64,000 nucleotides of DNA from Dehalococcoidia bacterium (GTDB lineage Bacteria; Chloroflexota; Dehalococcoidia; Plut-88900). Shown here piece by piece: positions 1 through 9,301 of the stretch. A model generated the notes under the pieces. The model searched no databases. It had not been told where the DNA came from and saw only the letters and a list, made by a program, of their open reading frames with translations. The translations under genes and the position numbers were made by a program. The DNA is taken from positions 928,001 to 992,000 of the forward strand of contig OZ240219.1 in assembly GCA_965197645.1 (NCBI GenBank), in the 5' to 3' direction. How positions within the stretch are numbered: position 1 is the first letter of the stretch; the number at the start of each line of letters is the position of its first letter.

Positions 1-188
1 AACTCGATGTTGTTGCCCAACACTATCGAGACCGCCTGTCCTGATTCGACGCCGGCCCCTTTAAGCGCAGAGGCCAGCTCCTCGATCTGCGTTCCCAATC
101 CCTCGTAGGTCACGGTGGGACCCTCGGGCACCACCAGCGCCGGGTGGCTACTCGACCCCTTCGTCAGCAGTTCTGCCAGTGTTGCCAT
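1..188 (-). CDS. AMP-binding enzyme (acyl-CoA synthetase family), 5' part only; runs off the window edge
   Basis: ATG at 188 with AGGAG upstream; translates MATLAELLTKGSSSHPALVVPEGPTVTYEGLGTQIEELASALKGAGVESGQAVSIVLGNNIE, a typical ANL-family N-terminus. Confidence 0.75.
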   Translation of the reverse strand, partial: MATLAELLTKGSSSHPALVVPEGPTVTYEGLGTQIEELASALKGAGVESGQAVSIVLGNNIE

Positions 189-304
189 GCGATCGCTCCT
201 GTTGAAGTTGCGTACAGCAGCTAATGATATCAGCCTAGGCCCCGGTTCGCACCAACTCACCCACTTCCCGCCATGCTATACTTTTCCACGCATAGGCAAA
301 CCCC

Positions 305-2041
305 ATGAGAAGCTTTCGCATAGCCCAGGCCCAGATCAACACCACCGTCGGCGATCTGGAGGGCAACACCGCCAAGGTGCTCAGCTCCATCGACGAGGCG
401 CGGAAGCTGGGCGCCGACCTCGTCAGCTTCCCCGAGCTCACCATCCCCGGATATCCGCCCGAAGACCTGCTGTACAAGCCCAATTTCATCGCCGAAAACC
501 GCGCCCGGTTGGACGAAGTGATCAGGAGCTCGGAGAACATCGCCGTGGTCGTGGGTTTCGTCCATTCCAACAGCGACATCTTCAATTCCGCGGCGGTGAT
601 CCACGATGGCGATCTGCTGGGCATCTACAACAAGATCTTCCTGCCCAACTACAGCGTGTTCGACGAGAAGCGGTACTTCCAGCAGGGAGACAGCTGTCCC
701 GTCTACACCATCAACGGCGTTCACGTGGGCGTCAACATCTGCGAGGACATCTGGTACGCCGTCGGCCCCACCAACCTTCAACGAAAAGCGGGCGCTGAGG
801 TCATAGTCAACATCAACGGTTCCCCCTACCAGCAAGGCAAGCAGGAGTTCCGAGAGAAGATGCTGGCTACACGGGCCTCCGACAACGGGGTCTTCGTCTG
901 TTACACCAACCTGATAGGCGGCCAGGATGAACTGGTCTTCGATGGCGGTAGCTTGGTTTTCGACCAGAAGGGCGACGTCGTGGCCCGGGGCAAGCAGTTC
1001 GCGGAGGACATGGTGCTGGCGGACCTGGAGGTGGACGCCGTAATGCGAGCTCGGTTGCACGAGCCCCGGAACAGAGAAGAGAGGCTGATCCTGTCCGAGA
1101 TCGACCACGTCACCACCCCCGTCATAGGGTCTGGGAGGACGGTCTCGCTGGACAAGCCGACCATCACCGGCAATCACGTAACGGCCCTGGATGGCCCCGA
1201 GGAGGTCTACGAAGCCCTCACCATCGGCACCCGAGACTACGTGAGGAAGAACGGATTTCAGAAGGTGCTTATCGGCCTATCGGGCGGCATCGATTCGAGC
1301 TTGACCGCCGCCGTCGCCGTCGACGCCCTTGGGCCCGATAATGTCGTCGGCGTAACTATGCCCTCCCGTTTTTCCTCGACCGGGAGTGTCGACGATTCTG
1401 CCGTCCTGGCCCGAAACCTGGGCATCGCCATGTGGACAGTTCCCATCGAGGAGTCCCACGCCGTGATGCTCAAGACCCTGGACCCGATTTTCGAGGAGAC
1501 CCAACCCAACGTGGCCGAGGAGAACCTGCAGGCCCGGATCCGAGGCAACCTGCTCATGGCCATCTCCAACAAGTTCGGCTGGCTGGTCCTGACCACGGGC
1601 AATAAGAGCGAGACCGCCATGGGCTACACAACCCTCTACGGAGACATGGCCGGCGGGTTCTGTATCATCAAAGACGTGCCCAAGACCCTGGTCTACAAGC
1701 TGGCCGAGTTCCGTAACCAGCGGGCCCGAAAAGACATCATCCCCAGGGCCGTCCTGGAGAAGGAACCCAGCGCCGAGCTTCGACCAGACCAGAAGGACAT
1801 CGATACTCTACCTCCCTACTCGGTGCTGGACCCGATCCTCGAGGCCTACGTGGAGGGGGACCGGAGCTTGCCGGAGATCGTGGAGATGGGCTTCGACGGG
1901 GAGATGGTCCGCCGGATCATCTGGATGGTCGACCGGAACGAGTACAAGCGGCGGCAGGCCCCGCTGGGGGTGAAGATCACCTCCCGTAACTTCGGGCGGG
2001 ACCGCCGCATGCCCATCGTCAACCACTACGAAGACCTCTAG
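305..2041 (+). CDS. nadE: Glutamine-dependent NAD+ synthetase
   Basis: N-terminal nitrilase domain (FPEL, YNKIFLPNY, ICEDIW) plus synthetase domain (GLSGGIDS, ENLQARIRG, TGNKSE, PSAEL). Confidence 0.96.
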   Translation: MRSFRIAQAQINTTVGDLEGNTAKVLSSIDEARKLGADLVSFPELTIPGYPPEDLLYKPNFIAENRARLDEVIRSSENIAVVVGFVHSNSDIFNSAAVIHDGDLLGIYNKIFLPNYSVFDEKRYFQQGDSCPVYTINGVHVGVNICEDIWYAVGPTNLQRKAGAEVIVNINGSPYQQGKQEFREKMLATRASDNGVFVCYTNLIGGQDELVFDGGSLVFDQKGDVVARGKQFAEDMVLADLEVDAVMRARLHEPRNREERLILSEIDHVTTPVIGSGRTVSLDKPTITGNHVTALDGPEEVYEALTIGTRDYVRKNGFQKVLIGLSGGIDSSLTAAVAVDALGPDNVVGVTMPSRFSSTGSVDDSAVLARNLGIAMWTVPIEESHAVMLKTLDPIFEETQPNVAEENLQARIRGNLLMAISNKFGWLVLTTGNKSETAMGYTTLYGDMAGGFCIIKDVPKTLVYKLAEFRNQRARKDIIPRAVLEKEPSAELRPDQKDIDTLPPYSVLDPILEAYVEGDRSLPEIVEMGFDGEMVRRIIWMVDRNEYKRRQAPLGVKITSRNFGRDRRMPIVNHYEDL

Positions 2042-2052
2042 AGGCCTGGGGG

Positions 2053-2089
2053 TTGACATCTCGCATTTGATGTAGTACATTTGTGCGAG
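2053..2089 (+). promoter_or_regulatory. Sigma70-type recA promoter with overlapping dyad (possible LexA operator)
   Basis: TTGACA (2053-2058), 17 bp spacer, TACATT (2076-2081); AGTAC-ATTT-GTGC (2074-2086) lies inside the imperfect palindrome CTCGCA..ATGTA-G-TACAT..TGCGAG. Confidence 0.55.
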
Positions 2090-2238
2090 TAAACGAGATT
2101 CGGTGTTGGCAATGACAGATATGATGGATTACGCCCTTACGAGCAATGTTTGTCAATCGTTGTTCCACACCCCCGACCGTGCTACCATCATTTACACCCA
2201 GCACAGGCAACTACACCTAGTATAGGAGGCTCACCGAA

Positions 2239-3297
2239 TTGAGTAACGAGAAGGCCAAGGCCCTGGAGCTCACTCTCGGCCAGATCGAGAAGCAGTTCGG
2301 ACAGGGCTCCATCATGCGGCTAGGTGAGGTGAGCGCCAGCATGACCGTCGAAGCCATCCCCACCGGCTCCCTTTCGATAGACATCGCCCTTGGCATAGGC
2401 GGCATTCCACGAGGCCGGATCATCGAAATCTTTGGCGCCGAAGCCGCCGGCAAGTCGACCCTCGCTCTGCACGTCATCGCCGAGGCCCAAAAGCTGGGTG
2501 GCATGGCCGCTTACATAGATGCCGAGCACGCCCTGGACCCCAGCTACGCTTCCCGTATCGGTGTCAACGTGGAGGAGCTCCTCATCTCCCAACCCGACAC
2601 CGGTGAGCAGGCCCTCGAGATTACTGAGGCCCTGGTCCGTAGCAACGCCATAGATGTCGTAGCGATCGATAGCGTCGCTGCCCTGGTCCCCAGAGCCGAG
2701 ATCGAGGGAGAGATGGGCGACTCCCACGTGGGTCTCCAGGCCCGTCTCATGTCCCAGGCGCTGCGAAAGCTGACCGCCGCCATCAACCGTTCCAACACCG
2801 CCGCCATCTTCATCAATCAGCTCCGGGAGAAGGTGGGTATCATCTTCGGCAATCCCGAGACGACCCCGGGCGGCCGCGCCCTCAAGTTCTATAGCTCGGT
2901 ACGAATAGACCTGCGCCGCATCGAGTCCATAAAGCAGGGTCAAATCGTGACCGGCAACAGGGTCCGAGCGAAAATCGTCAAGAACAAGGTAGCCGCGCCC
3001 TTCCGTACCGCCGAGTTTGACATCATGTTCAACGAGGGCATCAGCAAGGCGGGTGACCTGGTGGACCTGGGGGTCACCTACGGGCTGGTGAAAAAGAGCG
3101 GGGCATTCTTCTCCTGGGGCGATATCAGGCTGGGACAGGGCAGGGAGAACGCCAAGGACTTCCTCAGGCAGACGCCTGACGTAGCCGGTGAGATAGAACG
3201 GGAGATCCGAGCAGCAGCAGCGCCCGTTGCCACTGTGCCTGCCCCGGCCGTCGAGCCGGCTCTCAAGTCTTCCAATGGCGCTGAGCCCAAATCTTAA
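2239..3297 (+). CDS. recA: Recombinase A
   Basis: GAEAAGKST Walker [44 protein letters not shown]; TTG start after AGGAGG. Confidence 0.98.
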   Translation: MSNEKAKALELTLGQIEKQFGQGSIMRLGEVSASMTVEAIPTGSLSIDIALGIGGIPRGRIIEIFGAEAAGKSTLALHVIAEAQKLGGMAAYIDAEHALDPSYASRIGVNVEELLISQPDTGEQALEITEALVRSNAIDVVAIDSVAALVPRAEIEGEMGDSHVGLQARLMSQALRKLTAAINRSNTAAIFINQLREKVGIIFGNPETTPGGRALKFYSSVRIDLRRIESIKQGQIVTGNRVRAKIVKNKVAAPFRTAEFDIMFNEGISKAGDLVDLGVTYGLVKKSGAFFSWGDIRLGQGRENAKDFLRQTPDVAGEIEREIRAAAAPVATVPAPAVEPALKSSNGAEPKS

Positions 3298-3342
3298 GCC
3301 GGCCAAGACTCCCTTACCTGCGACATAGTTGCCTCCTTAGCT

Positions 3343-3981
3343 ATGACCGTAGGCACCATCACCGAGATTCGAGGGCAGAAGCGTCGTAAAGACCGCGTCA
3401 GCATCTTCATCGATGACCGGTATGCCCTGAGTATGAGCCGGCTGTCCCTCATCAGTACGGGCCTCAGCGTTGGCCAAGAGGTATCCGACAAGCAGCTCAA
3501 CGAGCTCGGCGCCGAAGACACCTTGGAGGAAGCGATGAATGCGGCCCTCCGGTTCCTCGGGCAGCGGCCCCGAAGCGAGCGAGAGGTGCGGATGCGATTG
3601 CGCCAGCGCAGGTTGGGCGATGAGGTCGTCGACACCACCCTCTCCCGGCTGCGGGAGCGAGGCCTGGTGCACGACGGGGAGTTCGCCCGCTTCTGGGTGG
3701 AGAACCGGACCAGCTTCAGGCCCGTCAGTAGACGGATGCTCGACCGGGAGCTGCGCCAAAAGGGAGTCGACGGTGACGTGTCCACGGAGCTCCTGGAAGA
3801 ACTCGACGATGGTGAAGGGGCCTACCGGGCCGGCTTGAAGAAGTCACGCTCCCTGCGGAGAAGCGATAGAGATGCGTTCCGCAAGAAGATGTTGACGTTC
3901 CTAAGGGGCCGGGGCTTCAGCTACTCCATCTCCTCCGAAACTACAGACCGCATCTGGCGTGAGTCGGGCCGAGGAGACTAG
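3343..3981 (+). CDS. recX: RecA regulator RecX
   Basis: Directly downstream of recA; RPRSEREVRMRL, D..FA..W, ELRQKGV, FLRGRGFS motifs. Confidence 0.92.
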   Translation: MTVGTITEIRGQKRRKDRVSIFIDDRYALSMSRLSLISTGLSVGQEVSDKQLNELGAEDTLEEAMNAALRFLGQRPRSEREVRMRLRQRRLGDEVVDTTLSRLRERGLVHDGEFARFWVENRTSFRPVSRRMLDRELRQKGVDGDVSTELLEELDDGEGAYRAGLKKSRSLRRSDRDAFRKKMLTFLRGRGFSYSISSETTDRIWRESGRGD

Positions 3982-3986
3982 CCGCC

Positions 3987-4754
3987 TCAGTCCAGCCCGT
4001 TCAGGAAGTCTCCCATCAGCCTGTTGGTCAGGTCCGGGGTCTCTATGCTGGGGTCGTGGCCCACCCCTGCGATCCACTCCAACCGGGACCCGGATATCTT
4101 CTCGTGGAGCACCTTCGTTCCCTCCACGGCGAACAGGTCTTCGTCTCCGCAGATGATCAGCGTCGGAATATCGATCTTTCCGATCTCTGCAACGATGTTG
4201 AAGTCCCTGCACGCCTGCAGATCGCCGGCGGCTACCCTTTTGTCGATGCCCGCGGAATCTCTCTCGTGTTGCTCGATGATCTCCAGGGGCGTGTTCTTCC
4301 CGAAGATATCGGACCTTCCCTGCTGCCTCGCCGTGTCCGGCTCGTTGAGCCATACATCGATGCCTTCCTGGGGGATCTCCCAGCTTGCCGACGATCCCAC
4401 CGGTATCAGGGCTTTGACACCCGGATGGCGGAGGGCGAAGTCCATCGATATCGATCCGCCCATGGAGTGGCCCGCCAGGACGAACTCGGTCAGATCCAGG
4501 CTGTCCACCAGCCCCTTCACGAACTCGGTGTATCCCGAGACGACGGTGGAGCCAGACCCTTCCGACTCGCCGTGGCCCGGCAGATCGACGGCTATCGGCG
4601 TGTGCGACCCGGCCAGGAACTCGATCTGCGGGTCCCAGACCTTGTGGTTGTCCGTGGCGCCGTGAATCAGGATCACGGTCACTCCCTTGCCCTGATCGAT
4701 TGGGTTGGGGCACTCGAAGTAGGCTTTGGTCCCGTTTACGGTTGCGAACGGCAT
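3987..4754 (-). CDS. Alpha/beta fold hydrolase
   Basis: IHG, DLPGHGES, GHSMGG nucleophile elbow, Asp (GDED) and His (GHDP). Confidence 0.9.
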   Translation of the reverse strand: MPFATVNGTKAYFECPNPIDQGKGVTVILIHGATDNHKVWDPQIEFLAGSHTPIAVDLPGHGESEGSGSTVVSGYTEFVKGLVDSLDLTEFVLAGHSMGGSISMDFALRHPGVKALIPVGSSASWEIPQEGIDVWLNEPDTARQQGRSDIFGKNTPLEIIEQHERDSAGIDKRVAAGDLQACRDFNIVAEIGKIDIPTLIICGDEDLFAVEGTKVLHEKISGSRLEWIAGVGHDPSIETPDLTNRLMGDFLNGLD

Positions 4755-4778
4755 GGTTTACCTCCTGCAGTATGGAGT

Positions 4779-5552
4779 CTATGAGAGTGTACCCAAGTAA
4801 GCGTTCAACGCATCGTTGACCTGGTCGGGCTGCTCCACCAGGATGGCGTGACCGGCCGCCGGCACTATCTCCAGCGTCGAGCCGGGCACCCGGGAATGGA
4901 TCCTACGCGAGCCCTCCAGCCAGGCCTCTTCATCGCCGCAGATGGTAAGCACGGGTACCTTTACTTGCCCTATCTGCTTGGTTAGATCGTAGTCGTCGCA
5001 GGCCTCGAAATCGGCGATGGCCGCATCCACCGGAGTCTCGCTTAGCTGGGCCGAGTAGCTATCGACCAGCCGTTTCGATGTCTTCCGGGAGAAAAGCTGA
5101 CCGGCGTTCTGCCGCGCGGCGCTGTCCGGGTCTGTCTTCCACAGCTCGAGGTCGTCCGGGCTGAGGTCCCAGTCGGGACTCGATCCCACGATGATCAGGC
5201 CTTCGACGTCGTCGGGGTGATGGACGGCGTAGTCCAGCGCCATCGAGCCGCCCATCGAGTGGCCGCCGAAGACAAAAGGCGCTAGACCCATGACATCTAC
5301 GATGGCCTTGATGAAGTTGCGGAAGTCCGCCACGTTGTTGATCGGCGGGCCTTCGGACTCGCCGTGGCCTGGCAGGTCTATCGAGAGGGGCGTGTGCTCC
5401 CGCTCCAGGTACCTGTGCTGCGACGCCCAGACCTTGTGATTGTCCACCGCCCCATGCACCATCAGCACCGTGTGCCCCTGCTTCGCCCCCGATTCGGCCT
5501 CTTGGGGGTAGGCGTAGTTTATGTTGCGTCCGTCTATCGTAGCAAATCCCAT
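4779..5552 (-). CDS. Alpha/beta fold hydrolase, paralog of 3987-4754
   Basis: VHG, DLPGHGES, GHSMGG, GHAI; shares HG..DNHKVW and HTP motifs with its neighbour. Confidence 0.9.
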   Translation of the reverse strand: MGFATIDGRNINYAYPQEAESGAKQGHTVLMVHGAVDNHKVWASQHRYLEREHTPLSIDLPGHGESEGPPINNVADFRNFIKAIVDVMGLAPFVFGGHSMGGSMALDYAVHHPDDVEGLIIVGSSPDWDLSPDDLELWKTDPDSAARQNAGQLFSRKTSKRLVDSYSAQLSETPVDAAIADFEACDDYDLTKQIGQVKVPVLTICGDEEAWLEGSRRIHSRVPGSTLEIVPAAGHAILVEQPDQVNDALNAYLGTLS

Positions 5553-5561
5553 GGCCTCTCC

Positions 5562-7016
5562 TTATCCCTTGATCACCCCGATCGGTCGAGTTCTTACCAC
5601 CTTGCGAGATATTCCGGCTTGGTGGGCTATCTCCACAACCTTGGCCACGTCCTTGTACGCCTCCGGGGCCTCCTCGGCCAGGCCCGACCGGCTGCCGGAC
5701 ATAACGATTATGCCCTGGGCCGCAAGCCGCTCGGCTACGTCTACACCCTTGAGCAGGCGCCTGGCGGCACCCCGGCTCTGCTGTCGTCCTGCGCCGTGGC
5801 ACGTCGAACCGAAGGTCTCTGCCATCGCCTTCTCCGTGCCCAGGGCCACGAACGAGTAGCGTCCCATGTCGCCGGGGATCAGGACGGGCTGACCGATGGC
5901 CCTGTAAGCTTCGGGTATCTCCGGATGCCCGGCCGGGAACGCCCTCGTGGCGCCCTTGCGATGAACGCACAGCCTTGTCTTACTGCCGTCGACGGTGTGC
6001 TCTTCCATCTTGGCGATGTTGTGAGAGACGTCATAGACCTGGCGAATCTCGGACCCATGGTCGCCGAATATCTGCTGAAAGGACTCCCTGGCCCAGTGGG
6101 CTATGCACTGCCGGTTGGCCCAGGCGAAGTTGGCGGCGCATCGGAGCGCAGCCATGTAGTCCCTGCCCTCTGCGGAATCTACGGGAGCGCAGGCCAGCTG
6201 TCTATCGGGCAGCACTATCTCGTAGTCTCGCATCGCCGCGTTCATCACCTTGACATAGTCATCGCATACCTGGTGCCCCAACCCGCGCGAGCCGCAGTGT
6301 ATCCAAACCACCACCCGTCCCGCCTCGTCCAGGCCCATCTGTGCAGCCCCTTCGGCGTCGAACACCTCGTCCACGATGGCCACTTCCAGGAAATGGTTGC
6401 CCGAACCCAGGGTACCCAGCTGGGGCGATCCTCTCTTCTTGGCCTTGGCGCTGACCTTTTCCGTATCTCCCCCGGAGATGCAGCCCATCTCCTCGGTTAC
6501 TTCGAGGTCCTCAGGTGTTCCCAGCCCCTTTTCCACGGCCCAGCCCGCCCCCTTTGCCAGCACCTCATCGATCTCCCCGCCCTTCAGCTTGATCCGGCCC
6601 GAAGATCCCAGACCCGAGGGCACGTTCCGGTACAACGCCGAGACCAGGTCCTCCAGCCTGGGTCGCACCTCTGCTTCCGTTAAGGAGGTGCGCAGCAGCC
6701 GGACCCCGCAGTTGATATCGAACCCGACCCCACCCGGAGCTATCACCCCGTCCTCCATCCTGGTGGCAGCCACTCCTCCGATGGGGAAGCCGTAGCCCCA
6801 GTGGATATCGGGCATGGCCAGGGATGCGCCTTCGATGCCGGGCAGAAAAGCCACGTTGGCCACCTGGTCCAAGGCCTGGTCTTCGACGATCTCTCCCATC
6901 ATCTCATCGTCGGCGTAGACGGTCCCCTGGACACGCATTCCCGGCTTGTAGTCCACCGACAGCTCCCACCGGAAGTCATCCAACCTTTTCAGTCCCGTCC
7001 GTTCCAGCTTGCTCAT
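5562..7016 (-). CDS. rtcB: RNA 3'-phosphate/5'-OH ligase RtcB
   Basis: MPDIHWGYGFPIGGV, GFDINCG, GTLGSGNHFLE, HCGSRGLGH, HRKGAT, STCHGAGR, EEAPEAYKD. Confidence 0.97.
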   Translation of the reverse strand: MSKLERTGLKRLDDFRWELSVDYKPGMRVQGTVYADDEMMGEIVEDQALDQVANVAFLPGIEGASLAMPDIHWGYGFPIGGVAATRMEDGVIAPGGVGFDINCGVRLLRTSLTEAEVRPRLEDLVSALYRNVPSGLGSSGRIKLKGGEIDEVLAKGAGWAVEKGLGTPEDLEVTEEMGCISGGDTEKVSAKAKKRGSPQLGTLGSGNHFLEVAIVDEVFDAEGAAQMGLDEAGRVVVWIHCGSRGLGHQVCDDYVKVMNAAMRDYEIVLPDRQLACAPVDSAEGRDYMAALRCAANFAWANRQCIAHWARESFQQIFGDHGSEIRQVYDVSHNIAKMEEHTVDGSKTRLCVHRKGATRAFPAGHPEIPEAYRAIGQPVLIPGDMGRYSFVALGTEKAMAETFGSTCHGAGRQQSRGAARRLLKGVDVAERLAAQGIIVMSGSRSGLAEEAPEAYKDVAKVVEIAHQAGISRKVVRTRPIGVIKG

Positions 7017-7021
7017 GATTA

Positions 7022-7435
7022 TCAGATGTCAAAGATGACCCGGGCGTGGCACCCGTTGCCTGTCTTGATCTCCAGCATGTGGTAGGTGGCGGCCTTGATG
7101 CCCATCTTGATCTCGTGTACTGCCGGCGCTACTTTCTGGCCGTAGCACTGGGCGGTGAGGTCGGATTCGGTCAAGTCCGAAATATCGAACCGGCTGAAGA
7201 CCAGATTCTCCGCATCGAAGAGGTAGACCAGCTCGTTGAGCCACTCTACCAGGAGGGCCTCCCTATCCGTCGCCGATACCCTCACTCGTTGACTCACCTC
7301 CTCCTCTATGGAACCGATGTCGACGATAAGGCTGAACATCCCCCGAGCTGCATTGGTGTATACCTCTTTCAGGTCCCTTCCACGGGCGATGATTCCAATA
7401 TCGGCCGTGTGCTCGATTACCTGGAAATCTTCCAT
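7022..7435 (-). CDS. Archease (RtcB activating cofactor)
   Basis: Starts MEDFQVIEHTADIG; EWLNELVY, IKAATYH, terminal VIFDI; 5 nt upstream of rtcB. The longer ORF start at 7975 runs through a repeat and is not credible. Confidence 0.92.
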   Translation of the reverse strand: MEDFQVIEHTADIGIIARGRDLKEVYTNAARGMFSLIVDIGSIEEEVSQRVRVSATDREALLVEWLNELVYLFDAENLVFSRFDISDLTESDLTAQCYGQKVAPAVHEIKMGIKAATYHMLEIKTGNGCHARVIFDI

Positions 7436-7438
7436 GCA

Positions 7439-7643
7439 GGCTTGCCTCAAAGGGCTGACGTCTTTGTCCCAACCGCCCGCCCTCGAACGGTCTCGTAACG
7501 GGAGGGGGGCACATCCCCCTAGCCCCTTGGAGTTCGAAACGTCGGTACTACCATGCGCCGTCGGTTGTGTAACCGTATCCAGACCCGCTATCAGGGGAAA
7601 GAAACCCTCTGGACTCCCTCCATGCAGTATTCTGAGACAGGCC
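7439..7643 (+). repeat. MITE-like intergenic repeat, family A copy 1
   Basis: Imperfect terminal inverted repeats GGCTTGCCTCAAA / TTCTGAGACAGGCC; core GACGTCTTTGTCCCAACCGCCCGCCCTCG and CCCTCTGGACTC shared with 32799-32941. Confidence 0.7.
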
Positions 7644-7747
7644 CCTTTTCGGTCCCCGTCGGTAGTTTGTCGGGTGGTGTTGGATTCTAGCATACCCAAA
7701 CCGCGCCTTAAAAAACAGGGGCCTGTGCTATAATCCCGCTTACTCCC

Positions 7748-8986
7748 ATGCAAGACACACTTCAGAGGGAACCCTCGTCCGTCTCCCAAGCCCTTTCGGG
7801 CATACGCATCATAGACCTGACCCAGAACGTCGCCGGTCCCCATTGCACCAAGCTCCTGGCCGACCACGGCGCCGACGTGATCAAGGTGGAACCGCCCGAT
7901 GGAGATACGGCTCGGACGTCGGCCCCCTTTTTCAAGGACCAGCCCCACGCCGAACACAGCGGCCTGTTTCTTCATCTGAACACCAGCAAGCGCGGCATCA
8001 CCGTCAATCTGAGCAGCTCCACCGGTCGAAAGATCGTCGAGGAGCTGGCCGTTAACGCCGATGCCCTCGTGGAAGACCTGGGGCCGGGCGGCCTCGAGAG
8101 CATCGGCCTTTCCTATGAAGGGCTGAAGGCCCTGAACCCTCGCCTGGTAGTAACCTCCATCTCACCCTTCGGCCTGACCGGCCCTTATCGTGATTTCAAA
8201 GTCGTGGACATGATGTACTACGGCATCGGCGGGCCATTGAGCTCCACCGGCGACCCCGAGCGGGCGCCGATGCGCATAGGCGACAACGTTTCCCTCTACC
8301 AGGCCGGCGCAGCGGCCGCGGTGGCCACCATGATGGCTCTCTACGCCGCCGAAATGAGAGGCGAGGGCGATCACATAGACATGTCCATCATGGAGACCCA
8401 GCAGGGCAGCATAGACCGTCGGGCCAGCATGCTGTTGGGCTACAGCTATACGGGGGTATTGGGCGGCAGAGTCCTGGACGTGTTCGGGATCGGGACCGGG
8501 CCTCACCCGTGTATGGACGGCTGGGTAAACACCCTGGGGGGCGAGTTCGGGTTCGAGAAGATATGCTCCATGATAGGAATGCCGGAGCTGATGGAGGACC
8601 CCCGATTCGCTACGGTGCAAGCCAGAAAGGCGCCGGGAGCCGCGGAGAGTTTCGACGAGTACTACATTCCCTGGCTCTTGGATCGGACGAAGAAAGAGGT
8701 CTGGTCCCTAGCCCAGCAGAACCGGATCCCCTCGGGAGTCATCAATACTACGGAGGACCTCCTCGCCGACGAGAACTTCCGCGATAGAGGGGTCTGGGCC
8801 GAGACTGACCATTCCGCTGTCGGCCGCGTAGCTATGCCGGGGCGTCCCTTCATCATGCACGAAACCCCATGGAAGATGAGCAAGCCGGCGCCCACCCTCG
8901 GTCAGCACACCCCGGATGTGCTATGCGGCGAGCTGGGCTACAGTAGAGAAGAGGTAGTTCAGCTAAGGCGCTCGGGAGCTATCTGA
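7748..8986 (+). CDS. Family III (CaiB/BaiF) CoA-transferase subunit, probably lacking the catalytic Asp
   Basis: LSGIRIIDLTQNVAGP, LADHGADVIKVEPPDGD, NTSKRGIT, APTLGQHT. Confidence 0.9.
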   Translation: MQDTLQREPSSVSQALSGIRIIDLTQNVAGPHCTKLLADHGADVIKVEPPDGDTARTSAPFFKDQPHAEHSGLFLHLNTSKRGITVNLSSSTGRKIVEELAVNADALVEDLGPGGLESIGLSYEGLKALNPRLVVTSISPFGLTGPYRDFKVVDMMYYGIGGPLSSTGDPERAPMRIGDNVSLYQAGAAAAVATMMALYAAEMRGEGDHIDMSIMETQQGSIDRRASMLLGYSYTGVLGGRVLDVFGIGTGPHPCMDGWVNTLGGEFGFEKICSMIGMPELMEDPRFATVQARKAPGAAESFDEYYIPWLLDRTKKEVWSLAQQNRIPSGVINTTEDLLADENFRDRGVWAETDHSAVGRVAMPGRPFIMHETPWKMSKPAPTLGQHTPDVLCGELGYSREEVVQLRRSGAI

Positions 8987-8992
8987 TCACCG

Positions 8993-9301
8993 ATGGACGC
9001 CGACAGCGAACTGACCGAAGAGCAGCTTACCGATGACGAGCTGGAGTACTTCGAGCGGGAGGTCTACCTTCGAAAGAAGAAGATGACTACGGCTTTGCTC
9101 TTCTGGGTGTTTCTGGGGCCCTTCGGGGGACACCGCTTCTATTTCGGCCGGTACTTCACCGGGCTACTGCAGCTGTTTACCCTGGGTGGCGTACTGGTCT
9201 GGGCGGTAGTAGATAGCTTCCTGATTCCCGGATGGATCGAACGGGACGAAGAGATGGTCAAATGGCAGGTCCTGGATGAGATCGCCGAAGACAGAAGGTA
9301 A
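8993..9301 (+). CDS. TM2-domain small membrane protein
   Basis: KKKMTTALLFWVFLGPFGGHRFYFGR..GLLQLFTLGG..WAVVD matches the TM2 signature. Confidence 0.85.
   Translation: MDADSELTEEQLTDDELEYFEREVYLRKKKMTTALLFWVFLGPFGGHRFYFGRYFTGLLQLFTLGGVLVWAVVDSFLIPGWIERDEEMVKWQVLDEIAEDRR

Noticed and set aside
7436-7975. N-terminal 180 aa of the 317-aa ORF 7022-7975
   Set aside because: Reads through the family A repeat and antisense to the CoA-transferase; archease similarity begins at Met 7435
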